A stretch of 64,000 bases of DNA, taken from Oculina patagonica. Taxonomy: Eukaryota. The notes beneath the pieces are model-generated. The model had not been told where the DNA came from, made no database searches, and worked only from the letters and a program-made list of their open reading frames with translations. This document shows, one piece after another, positions 12,597-24,750 of the stretch (the stretch's first letter is position 1; the number at the start of each line of letters is the position of its first letter). Made by a program: the position numbers and the translations under genes. The stretch covers positions 9,796,001-9,860,000 of the forward strand of contig NC_135764.1 of assembly GCF_052425735.1 (NCBI RefSeq), given 5' to 3'.

Positions 12597-13934
12597 AGCG
12601 AAATAGAATTAATTTGATATTTAAAATCATACTCTAAAGGGTAAAAATAATAAATTGGGGAATCTTGATCACTTTTTTCCCCCATCAAATGTGAAGTAAA
12701 ATAAGTTTTTGTTTTTTGAACGTATAACTAAACAGAATTGTATTGAGCCTGAAGCATTTGTTGGACGTGGCCGGCCTAATAAAAAGCCATAAACAATCGA
12801 CTTGCCCAAGATTTTATTCTCAAGCTCATCTCGACCTCGTGGTCGACTACATATCACGTGATTTATTCCAATTGTGTGGGGTGGGGTGGCGAACAAACCC
12901 TTACATACACCCTCTCTAAAATAGATGTTCTGCTGGACATCGGACAGACTATCGGTTTAGCTAACTACATTATGTCATTTCAGAACAAAAATTTCATTAC
13001 GGAATAAAAACCAGAATGAACTTATTCCGGAATTACTTGACGTTCGTCTTGGTATCATGTAAACAGATACAGATAAATGCATGGAGATGGAATGAATTCG
13101 TTCCGCAATGAAAGTCATTGCGGAATCGTGTAAACAGGCCCTAGGTGTAGTTAAGCAAACTAAACCAAAGCAAGTGTTACTTACAATGGAAATTGCTCTA
13201 TACGTGTAGCTATCTATTTCAAAGAAAGCGAAGCGAGAACAATCCTATGAAAAAAGGGCACCATGATTTGTTACTCATAGACGAGGCCGATATATGATTT
13301 TCACATTTTATTTATTCGTTATAAGAAATGCGAATACAAGCTTATTCTAATATCTTTTTTAATCCTATTTTATATCCCATACAAGTTTTTTGTATCTAAG
13401 AATTAACTATTAAAAAAAATAGTGTCGTGAAGACATTTTTGGTTTCTTTTCATTTCGTGAGATATTCTTGCAAGTCTGTTGAGATGAAAAAGAAGAACAA
13501 ATTCCTAGTCATTGGCGTATAACAACCCCGCGTATATAACAACCCCATGACCTGAACAAAGCATCGATGAAGTATAAGAATATTTCCCGTAGTCAAATCG
13601 TGAATGAAAAAAAATCTCAGGAAACTTTTTTTCTTTCCTTAAGCGTTCCCATATTTCTGGGAGTGACTTAAAGACTGGGCAAAATAAGTACCCAACGCGC
13701 CACCAAAATAAGGGTAAATGCCTTGTATTGGTTTATTAATTTTAAGTTTTTCACGCTTTCATGAGGTAGCTTTAGTGTGATTATTTACTGAGAAAAGATA
13801 ATGTTTGGAATATTAAAGATTGGTTCAAAAAAAAAAAAAAACTAATTTGATCGAAAACAAGAAAGGAAGTGAAATTAAAAAAACTTTGTTTTTTGACGTG
13901 CTTTTCTTTGATTTGAAACAAGTCAATACCATTT

Positions 13935-14211
13935 TTAACCCCGGCTTCTTCGGCGAAAACGTCTGAAAAATCTGTCACGGCGTGATCTACCGCGACGGAA
14001 GCGACGAACAATTCGGCGAGTCCCGCGGAAAACATGACGAACGCGAATAAAGGAAAGTATTAGAATGGTTGGATCGAATGACTTCTTTAATGTATTAGAC
14101 AAATAACTTTCTCCTTTGTCCTCCTCTTCATCGTCATCATTTTCACTTTTTTCTGGACCATTTAAGTAATCTTCATCGAAATCATCATCGCCATCATCCA
14201 TATTAGAATTG
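13935..14211 (-). CDS. Type C prepropeptide exon 2 (orphan; signal-peptide exon not found, possibly a pseudogene)
   Basis: Acceptor tcttgatcag|C, homologous to type B. Open frame NSNMDDGDDDFDED...KKSFDP-TILILSFIRVRHVFRGTRRIVRRFRRGRSRRDRFFRRFRRRSR-G*. Confidence 0.7.
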
Positions 14212-14254
14212 CTGATCAAGAAATGATAAAAGAAAAAAAGAAAGTAAAAAAAGA

Positions 14255-16485
14255 AAGAAAGAAAGAAAGAAGGATCGTTTCCCAATAGCTCGGATGTAGG
14301 TATATTCTTAATTTCACTTTATTTTTAAAACTTCTTCCGAAATAAAGGAACATAAAAAAGAGGCCCAAGACATTTACGTTCTGATCGAATTGTGCTGATT
14401 CATTCTTATGACCGTTAATCTTTGGAAAATGCCACTATAACAAATCGAAAGCAAAAACAAAAAAAAGACCACACACAAAACGATAAACTAAACGATATTA
14501 TATTCTTATAAGTATGGTGTATTCACATAATCACGTATATAATACTACAAGTATCATAAGATACTTACAGTAATAATGAAAGGTACATGATTATGTATTC
14601 ATATCCCTGTTAAAACCATCGAGTCCATGTGTGCCGTCCTTTTGGTAGAAGTTTTTTATGGATGATACTTGCAGTGTCAGTTGATTGATTTACTGTATTA
14701 GATATCAACATCAATATTTCTACCAAATGGACGGAATATATGGATTCCAAGGATTTAACGGGGATATGAATGTATAATCATTTACTTCTCTTTATTTCTG
14801 TAAGTATTATAAGATACTTACAGTAATAATAAAAGGTAAATGATTATATATTCATGTCCCCGTTAAATCCTTGGAATCCATATATTCCGTCCATTTGGTA
14901 GAACTTATTTATGGATGATACTTGCAGTGTCAGTTGATTGATTTACTGTTTTAGATTATCAACATCAAATCTACTACTAAATGCACAGAATAAATGGATT
15001 CCATTGATTTAAAGGGTATATAAATATGCAACTATTTACCTCTCTTTATTTCTGTAAGTATTTTATGATACTTACAAAACCTTCTACTAAATGTTTTGAA
15101 TGAAAAAATTACATGGATTTAGCGGGATTATCAATATAATAATCATTTCTGTAATCGTTATATTTTCAATTTCTCTGTATTTTTCTCCACAGTTTTTATT
15201 AATTATTATTATTGTTATTATTTTGCCATCCTCACTTATTTTTCCGAAATTTTGACGCACTGTAGTGAGTTCTTTGAAACTGTACAGTCCGCTGGGTTAG
15301 CACTAAGTGAAATAGTTAAAAACTCTACTTGTTTTCTAGCATTCTTTTTCAGATCAAATCAACAAAACTTACGTTCTATTTTAACAACAAGTAACATAAC
15401 CTTCGAACATCGGTAACAGCTTCCTTTAAACCATCCAACACATCTTCTACCCGTTCATCTTCAGGCCAAATTAACACTACATTCTGACCAATTATTTTCC
15501 ACTGGAATGTTACTGTGATATGCGAAAAAATGCTGCGAAAAGTAAGCACTTATATCGCTTTCGGACCAATTCAACACCCCGCCTACCTACTTTTCTTCCA
15601 TCTTTCATTACTATTATTCGTTGGATGTTGCTGCTAATTGCGAAATAAAGCCGCCACCAAAAAGTACCAATCATCTTCAGACCAAATCAATACCGCGTTC
15701 TGCCCAATTGTTTACCCTGAAATGCTACAGTAGTATGCGAAATAAAGCTGCCAAATATTACCAACAGTCATCAACGCTACATTCTGTCCACTTGTTTTCC
15801 AGTGAAGTGTTTACAACTGCTTGGCAAAAAGCTGCGAATGGTTATCAACACTAATTTGTGCCCATCTTTTTTCCACGGAGAAGTCAAGAAAAATTCATCT
15901 CTAAATTAGGTTAACATTGAACTTGAAAAAATAGTTTTAATGAAGCATAGAAAGTCCAAAGCCCCAAACGACCATAGAAAGTGTTGAGGAACATAAGTTC
16001 AGGCTTGTTTACGCACAGTTTGATACACATATTTATTCATACGAATTTCACAAGTACAAGTCGGTTATTTAAGCAGCAGCAATTTTGCACATCATTCTCC
16101 CTCTAACTGTTGGCAAAGATGCGTCGTGCGAAGTAGCCGAGCAAGCAATTAAACAGTGAAGCCATAAGAGGAGCCGTTTTATGCTACATGAGCCCAGTAG
16201 TTTCTGGCCAATGCAGTATTATCAGTGCGAAATGCGTCTGGAGTGTTAAAGAAAAAGACTTGTCAAAATCCTGGACTGCCATCTGCAAGAAGCGAGATTC
16301 CTGCGACAAAGCAATTTCAGGTAAGTTTAAGTTTAAAAGTTTGCTTGAAATTGAAATTGGCCTTAATACAAATGGATTGTCAAGACTAAAAACGTATGCG
16401 GATCAATGTCACAATGCCCAAACTTAATTTATCTGATACAGGATGGTTTTTGCTAGCGATCCAATGAGATGATATGCCTTAAGTT

Positions 16486-16518
<33 letters not shown>

Positions 16519-17195
16519 CGCTTCCCAATAGCTCGGATGTAGGTATATTCTTAATTTCACTTTATTTTTAAAACTTCTTCCGAAATAAAGGAACATAAAA
16601 AAGAGGCCCAAGACATTTACGTTCTGATCGAATTGTGCCGATTCATTCTTATGACCGTTAATCTTTGGAAAATGCCACTATAACAAATCGAAAGCAAAAA
16701 CAAAAAAAAGACCACACACAAAACGATAAACTAAACGATATTATATTCTTATAAGTATGGTGTATTCACATAATCACGTATATAATACTACAAGTATCAT
16801 AAGATACTTACAGTAATAATGAAAGGTAAATGATTATGTATTCATATCCCTGTTAAAACCATGGAGTCCATGTGTGCCGTCCTTTTGGTAGAAGTTTTTT
16901 ATGGATGATACTTGCAGTGTCAGTTGATTGATTTACTGTATTAGATATCAACATCAATATTTCTACCAAATGGACGGAATATATGGATTCCAAGGATTTA
17001 ACGGGGATATGAATGTATAATCATTTACTTCTCTTTATTTCTGTAAGTATTATAAGATACTTACAGTAATAATAAAAGGTAAATGATTATATATTAATGT
17101 CCCCGTTAAATCCTTGGAATCCATATATTCCGTCCATTTGGTAGAACTTATTTATGGATGATACTTGCAGTGTCAGTTGATTGATTTACTGTATT
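14255..17195. repeat. About 700-bp direct duplication (about 14255-14950 and 16490-17195) containing alternating inverted subunits
   Basis: Both copies start at an (AAAG)n tract followed by gatcg.ttcccaatagctcggatgtagg. Internal arms such as TTCTACCAAATGGACGGAATATATGGATTCCAAGG occur in both orientations. Confidence 0.8.
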
Positions 17196-17420
17196 AGCCC
17201 TCGGACGTACAAGCAAACTCACACCCCCACCATCGTACAAGGGGGGCCCAAATCGGAAAAAAACTGCATCACAACAATGTGTAGACTTTAAAGTCCACAC
17301 AAAAATACATGGGTTTATCTTCAGTCAAACAGTGGTAGACATCAAATATTACTCACATAGTATTATTTTGCTGCTATAACAGAAGTTTGGTTAAGTTTAT
17401 ACTAATTTTGTTTACGTATA

Positions 17421-20400
17421 TCTGACTTGATTTGATAAAAGGTGTCTCCCGAAATTTGACATGACACCGTAGTTCTGAAGCCTTATTTCTGTAACGAACG
17501 CTGAATGAGGGCTAATTTTAGCTCAAGTTTAACGTAAGGTACTCTAGTTTATGTGTTTTTTAACCAAAAAGACTGCATATACGGCATTTTGTTTAAATCA
17601 AGAATTCTATCAATTTAATTAAGAGTGTTTACAACTTGAAATGTGAGTCAAATTTAATACCAAGATAGACATAAGAAAACACTCGGCGGAGAGCTGAACT
17701 GTAGCTTTCTTAAAGCATGCACGTCTCAAATAAACTGAACTAAAGCATTCTACATCGACATTCGATTCAACTTTAAGCAAATCAGGCGAAATATCTGAGG
17801 AAGCGGGCATGTGTTATCTCAATTGTCAACTCCATTGTCGCGGCCGGAAATGCACTCGATCGCATTGCCTCCCACTAGCGAATCACAGAGAACTATGAGT
17901 GTTAGCTAGGCGGAGAACGCCTGAAATTGAGGAAACAAGAAAACTATGTACTCACATCAGCGGTTGAAGCGATTCCTTGGCTATCCACTCCGACATGTTT
18001 CTTTTAGAAATAACCGACAATGTCCCGGATGTATTTGAATGTCGTCGAGCGCGTAACGCCTGCTCCCCAAACTTCAACAGTAAAAAACTAAGTCTTTAGC
18101 CACGGTAAAGTTCAAGCCAAATATCGTTATGACCGCCTTCAAATCAGTCCGTATAGTCTAGTTCCGAGTCCTAATTGATGTGGCTAAAGACCTTTGCTGT
18201 CTAAAGCAAGCTCAACATTATCTGTACCTGGCAAAACGAGCCGACCGGTTATCTGTGTTTAACCGCCTAAAGCTCGGTTTGAGGTACGATAACAGCCGAC
18301 GCACAACTTACAAATCGTAAGACTTTCACCTTTCACCTTTATCACTAGAATTACACCTACCAGAGACTATACTTACTTGAACTGGGAACTGGTAAAAAAC
18401 AAACTGATAAAGGCTGCTAACCCCAAGAAGGCTACCGGTCCTGACCATGTTTCTCCAAGGGACCTCTCTATAATTGGCGACTCTGTCATCCACAGTCTAT
18501 TACCGATTTTTACGAAGAGTGTGAGAGATGCATCTTTCCCCTCCAGCTGGAAATTATCACGTGTCAATCCCATATTTAAGAAAGGATCACCAACAGACGC
18601 AAACAACTACAGACCTATCTCCCTTCTCAGTATCCCAGGAAAAATCTTGGAAGATATTGTGAGCGACACCTTAAACAACCATATGGATACACAAGGTTTA
18701 TTATGCAACAACCAATGGGGATTTCGAAAAAATTATTCAACTGAGAGCCTTTTACTTCATTTAACAGAGACTTGGAGAAATGCACTGGACAAGGGCCAGA
18801 AAGTGGGTGTCCTTTTTATCGATTTTCGGAAAGCTTTTGACACTGTGAACCATACTATCCTACAAGAAAAGCTAAAAGCCATTGGTGTATCAGGTGACCT
18901 GCTTTCCTGGCTTGATGATTATATGTCTGCACGTAAGCAGTTTGTCCAATTATCAGAATATCAGTCCGAGCCCAAAACCATTACGTTTGGAGTCCCCCAA
19001 GGCTCAATATTAGGGCCCAAATTATTTTCAATCTTCGTAAACGACCTTCCTGAATCGATAACAAGTGGTAATGTATTCATGTTTGCTGATGATACCACAA
19101 TTTACACAATTGGCAAGGACATCGACAATATCATCCTGACACTGCAATCCATTTTAGACCAGGTATATACCTGGTGTCAGTCTAACAGATTAATAGCCCA
19201 CGAATCGAAGACGGAAGCCCTGATAATTTCAAGACAGAGCTTTATTGGTCCCCTGCGACGTTTGACTTACGGCAGTAGCACTATTGAGTACAAACAATCA
19301 TCCAAATGTCTTGGGTTAACAATCGACAACAAGCTATCATGGTATGAACACATCGGGAACGTTTGTAAGTCCTTCAGTAACAAAGTCGCAGTCTTAAAAC
19401 GGATAAAGTTCCTACCAAAACCAGTCTTGGAAACTATTTATTATAAAACAATCATCCCCAGTGTCCTATATGGTATTGCAGTCTGGGGATCTTGTTCTCC
19501 AGCTTTGTTAGATGATATAGACCGAATTCATTTGAGAGCAACAAGAATTATTAATAGTCTACCGCATTACATCCATAGTGATTACATCAGGAACGCTTCA
19601 TATTGGAACCCAATTGTTTCATTTTACATTAAGAGACTTCTAGTTATTACGCACAATATTTACCATGGAAATAGCATCGATCCTCTAAAGGACTTACTAG
19701 TGAAACCCGAGTCTACTTATAACTTTAGAAAATCCTTAAATGTTGAGGTTGATAGACCAAGAACAGAAGTGGGAAGATCTTCTTTTAAACATCGTGCTGC
19801 ACTATCTTGGAATCTCCTTCCCGATGACATCAAGTCTTGCTCTAACCTTGATTCTTTCAAGAAAAAACTTAAGGCAAATAAGAGTCTCTTAAAATCTATC
19901 AGTTTCACTAAAGCGTCCTGCTGCGTTTCTAACAAATCTCTGGACTTCATATATTTTTAACTTATTCATTTATTTATCTTTTTACTGTATATTGTTATTA
20001 ATTCATCTATTTTACCTATCATTATTTATTCAGATATTGTAAATAAATTTTGGATCATGTATTATATAGGATCTTATTGTAATTTATTATTTTAGATAGT
20101 GCAGGTCCACATCAGGACTTAACGTCTTGCCAATTATTTTGTAACCTGCTTTATCAAATAAACCATGTATGTATGTATGTATGTACCTTCACGGGACTTA
20201 ATGATGTCCTCCGGCAAACTTCCTTTAGACGGCAGAATGGAAAGCTATAGATCACAACTGTTCTACTAGTTAGCGCGCGCAACTAGAATTCAAATGATAG
20301 AGAGGGGTTGGAGTTAGAGACTGGGCTAGACTAACCACAAGTAAATCTAGGGGGAGGGAGACGGGGGGGGGGGGGGGAGAGACAGGGAGGAAGAAAAAGA

Positions 20401-20475
20401 AAAGTAAGATTGAATTCACTACATTAGACAGGGCGACATTTCATTAAAAGAAAGCCGAACAATTCTCCGTATCCT

Positions 20476-20518
<43 letters not shown>

Positions 20519-20574
20519 AAACCCCATACATTCCTTAACAGCCCGATAGCCACCTTTTATCAAATCAAGTTAGA
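17421..20574. mobile_element. TIR DNA element inserted in a TA run, hosting the nested LINE
   Basis: Left end TCTGACTTGATTTGATAAAAGGTG; right end CACCTTTTATCAAATCAAGTTAGA is its reverse complement with 1 mismatch. The empty site is seen at about 50130 (tttacgtatatatataatatatcgtaag). Confidence 0.8.
18377..20184 (+). mobile_element. 5'-truncated L2/CR1-group non-LTR retrotransposon (RT ORF 18377-19960)
   Basis: RT motifs KATGPD, NYRPISLL, QWGFR, DFRKAFD, GVPQGSILGP, FADDT, YNFRK. AATAAA followed by an (ATGT)n tail ending about 20184. No endonuclease domain. Confidence 0.93.
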
Positions 20575-20629
20575 TATATATATATAATATATCGTAAGAA
20601 GTATTCATGTCAGGTTGAGAGCTTTTTCA

Positions 20630-20995
20630 TATTTGACCGACCCTCGGAAACCGCTCAACCAAAGCACAAGATTAACCGATAAGCTAATAGGACTGATTGT
20701 TAAAATAACATAATAAATGCACACTGATATAAAAGCTACTTATGTTACTATTTTATTATTCCACAAAGCGAGAAATTGAAGATGGGCTATTAATAGGAGT
20801 AGATAAGAATCAAACTAAATTTCTCATGATAAGGGGAACATATTGATCCTGTATTTGCAGTATTAATGGTTATGTTTAGAAGGTCGAGGAAAACAACTGC
20901 ATTATATACAAACGTAGAGTACTTGTGTCGATAAACTTACGTTATTTTGTCAATAACGTTAGCGTAGCCTTGCAGTATCGCTAATCATTTGGCAT
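20630..20995 (+). promoter_or_regulatory. Orphan paralog of the type A upstream region (second copy at about 50190-50549)
   Basis: Shares the blocks ccctcggaa, gataagctaat, tgttactattttattattccaca, gaaggtcgaggaaaacaa, tagagtacttgtg and catttggcat with 38670-38975. Similarity ends before the TATA box. Confidence 0.6.
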
Positions 20996-21192
20996 ATGGT
21001 TAACCTGATTATGTTTTGTTTTTGATGTAAAGATCAGATCTTTGCAAGTGTATTGAAACCTTAATTTTGGGAATTGTTAAAATTTGTGAAACCCAAATAT
21101 TGGTTAAAAATGGAAACTCGCGTTTTCTAGCCTCGTTAATTTTCTCATTTAGAGATATAACGGTGAAGACATAGATGTTTATATTTTTCCTC

Positions 21193-22002
21193 GGAGCAAT
21201 TCCTGGTGCCTGGCCTCTTCTTCGCCGAATTTTTCATAAACAATGCTCTTAAATGGACCATTACAGTGGTTTTTCGTTGACGCAAGCACTTTCGCCAATT
21301 CGTGTTCTTTTAAGTCTGTCAAATTTGACACACTTTTTGGAAGGTCCCATTTTCTGGAAATAAATCATGCCGTTTAAAATGTATAAAAATAACAGAGTAA
21401 CATATACAGTTCTATAGAAACAAATTTCACGTAAGAAGGTTACGAAAACTATAAAGAAATGCTTATTACATTCTTAGAAAATAGTTTAGTGAGCTCACTG
21501 AGAAAATAATTCTCGGCACAGCTCGATAAAAAATATGCTAGTCTGCACTCAGAAAGCCTGTAATTGTCGTCAGGGGCACAGTGACAGACCCGTTAGAGAG
21601 TTCAAAAGTTTATACTACCAGCGCGCGCGAAAGTAAGGTAAACGCGTGCGCAAGACGACGTTACATTGATCATTGTATCCGCTGTGTAAGCTTACTTGTA
21701 TAAGCTTTTTGTATAAGACCTTATAAGACCTTTTAAGATAATCGTCATTTGCCCTGTTCTCTTTCTCACTTCATTTCTAGGAAACCGAATTCACTACCAC
21801 CGCTACACCAGAAGGGGAATTTTGCCACCAAAACGCGGATGAACCAGCAGTACATAAACGAAACGGTCGGTGGTATTTAGAGGGAATTCTCAGCTGGGGG
21901 GACCGGCTAGTGTGCGACGCCTCCTGGAGTCCATCAAGGATCACGTCAAAAATAATGAATAATGTAAACTTCATCAAAAAACGATTTGAAAGTCATGGAT
22001 AA
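21193..22002 (+). pseudogene. Decayed trypsin-like (S1) serine-protease homolog
   Basis: Colinear S1-like motifs across frameshifts and stops: GAIPGAWP (21193), QWFFVDASTF (21264), TIKKCLLH, ELTEKIILG..KIC, DPLESSKV..ESK|gt (ends 21637), and last exon 21781-22002 FCHQNADEPAVHKRNGRWYLEGILSWG..C..NNVNFIKK*. Confidence 0.7.
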
Positions 22003-23863
22003 TTAATGAAAGAGGACGTTAGTCTTAAATACCTGTAAATGTTCTTTCAAAATATGTGTATTTGAGTAATAATATTGAACCGATTCTGCCTGTGGAACAT
22101 AAACCCTGAGCTCGCCAAACGTTCGGATAAAAAGCAGGCCGTGAAAATTGTTATCATCATTTCTTTTGCATTTGCAATGATTACCACAGAAGCGAAGTAG
22201 AGACGCAGAGTGAAGGAAGTTTGACCCTGGGAAGCGAGCCAACTTTTGCCCATGTAAATCTTTCGCTCCTTTTGACTCGCCTACAAGAGGCAATTTAGGA
22301 CATACAGAGCTAGCGCGATACAAGGAGGGTCAATTCTTGGCCCTGTTGACAGGGACAGCCCTTTTCATGTGAACGCTACTTAAAAGATGGCTTGGGACAG
22401 AGGCTAACCCTCCTCCTATCAGGGACATCTTTTTTTTCGCATAAACAGGCCCCGAGTATTGCTTCTCACAAAATTGGTTATGGTATTAATCGGACTGAAT
22501 GAGAAAGAGGCGCCAGATTCCTAAAACTATCGCAAAAAGTTGTTATGGAAACCAATGAGAACACGAATTACATGCGACGCTAAAAAAATCGCTCTTGATC
22601 CCTTTATGTAGCTGAACACCATCTAAGCGCTATATATCGCAAGAAAAAGGAAAGCAAAGCAAACCCTAGAAAAGAAAACTTTTATTGCCAATATTTTTTT
22701 GTTGTTATCGTTGTTGTTGTTGTTACTCATAAATGAAACTGGTATATAAATTTAACGTTTATTTTTTATTCTTTATGAAAGTGCCAAAAGAAGCTTTTTA
22801 ATTTGCTTTCTTTTATATTTTTCATGAGTTTTAATCTTATTTCTTAGTTTTATTTGTAGAGCATCTTATTAGTGGCTTCTTTTTTTCATCCTTGGGATAT
22901 CCTTGTCAACCTGACGAGATGAAAAAAAAAAAATATAAATACATGTAAAAAAAGCCACACAAGTAGTCTTTGCGTAAGTCTTTCAAAGTATCCCAACACG
23001 TGTTTGCACTATCACAACCCTGTTTACCTGGCGAGACAGCCAATATAGCCAATAGCAAAAACAAGATTTATTATAAGCTGATCTTGTTAACCTCGTGTTA
23101 ATCTTGTTGACCTCCTCGTAAAATAGACACATGGTTGACATAGCAAATTTTCCGCAAAGAAAGATCAAACAGCTACTAACAATTTCAGCTTTATAGTGTA
23201 AATCATCTTCACATAAAAACAAAAAAAAAAAAAACAAATTGTCAAAATCAACAACATAAAATATTAACGCCATGCAAATAAACCGATACGTTTTGAAGTT
23301 AAATTAACTTTTTAGCAATACTGAGGCAGCGGCCTTTAATGAGCCGGCATTTCTGGTGACGTAACTAACGAACGATGACGAAAAGGAATGTCTGTTGCAG
23401 TCAGACCGTAAAAGAAAACGTACATATTGGCAAAATTTAAACAATGAGAGGTAGTTGCTTTTATTATCAACCAAGTTTGAAAGAATAAAGGTATGAAATC
23501 ACATTTGGAGCTCTATCAGTCCTTAAAATAATCTCAAGATATGCGCAATTTCGGCGACTTCTTTCAAACGCACCCCGTTATTCATGGAGGAAAGGGCGGG
23601 ATGGGAAATAATTTATTCAAGTAAAAATACGGACGACTTACAAATTTGGCGCCACTGCGCTATACGTTTAGGTAGTTTATTTAGTCTAAGTTTGTATCGT
23701 TTTCTGGGAGCTTTGGTGTGAATATTCATTGAGAAAAGAAATCAGTAAAGACTTTCAACAGTAAAGAAATGGTTCGAAATGAAACATATCTGTTACAAAA
23801 CCAAAAAAAAATCATGTTTTCTTTTCTCGTTACCTTGATTTGAAATGCCTCAGTTCCAAAGTT

Positions 23864-24750
23864 TCAACCGCGGCTTCGGCGTCTACGTCGGAAGAATCTT
23901 CGAAATCGTCGTCCACGACGGGATCTACGGCGGCGAATAAGTCGGCGAGCTCCGCGGAATATAAGGAAGGGCAATATTGGATCAGAAGACTTCTCAACCA
24001 ATTCCTTGTCCAATGGATTGTCCAAAGAGTTTTCTTCCTCGTCATCTGCATCTTCATCGTTATCGTTTTCGTCTTCATCGTGGCCATCGCTATCTGTTTC
24101 GTCCTCATCGAAATCCCCATTACCCTCATCCAACTTAGGGTTGCTGAACAAGAAACGAAAAAAAGAAAGAGAAAAAAATGAAAAATGTTTTACACGATGT
24201 CTTTAAACATTGGCGCTCACTACATCAAAAAATCACTTGCACAGTTCGACATAATCATAACTAGTTATAACACACACCAAAAACGCGGGTACAGTGGTAA
24301 ATATAAATGATCAACTAACATATGAGAAAAATGTAGTATAAAAAACTGCTTCTATGTCTCTGTCCTTTAAACGTTACATTTGAAATGCAAAAGGAAAGCT
24401 AAACTTGCTTTAAATTAGGATTGCTGTAGTCAAACCCCGAAATTCCTTCTTTTTAATTTGGACATTTTAAGTGTTTTCATATCATGCCTCGCCTAGAAAG
24501 AGAATAAACTGACCATATCTAAAAAAGCAAAACAGGTTACCCTTTTTAAATAAAATGCCTTTTTCTCTTCCTCTCTTGACATTCGTTTTTCTTCACGTAC
24601 AATCACACTTATTCCTTACCTCTGAGATATGTCGTTTCCAACTTGCTTCAGTTCACCTTCATACGCCTCGGCTTCATCGTCAGTGAATGGCAATGCCAAG
24701 CCTATAGCAAGCACAAAGCCAACAAGAGCTACAAGAATCAATCCTTTCAT
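23864..24750 (-). CDS. Type B(I) prepropeptide B1, 136 aa; exons 24750-24620, 24143-23864
   Basis: Signal MKGLILVALVGFVLAIGLA. Phase-2 intron CAGAG|gtaagg ... ttgttcag|C. Acidic pro-region, then SSDP-ILPFLIFRGARRLIRRRRSRRGRRFRRFFRRRRRSR-G*. TATAAAAA at 24805-24798. Confidence 0.88.

Noticed and set aside
23864-23975. Protamine / sperm nuclear basic protein interpretation of the RRRRSRR tails
   Set aside because: A signal peptide, acidic pro-region and terminal Gly indicate the secretory pathway, not the nucleus.
23830-24206. Overlapping alternative-frame and antisense ORFs over type B exon 2 (also at 33.4, 45.3, 52.7 and 62.2 kb), e.g. Ser-rich MKCLSSKVST...
   Set aside because: Shadows of the low-complexity GAY/GAR and CGN codon runs. 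Only the acidic/Arg frame splices to a signal-peptide exon.
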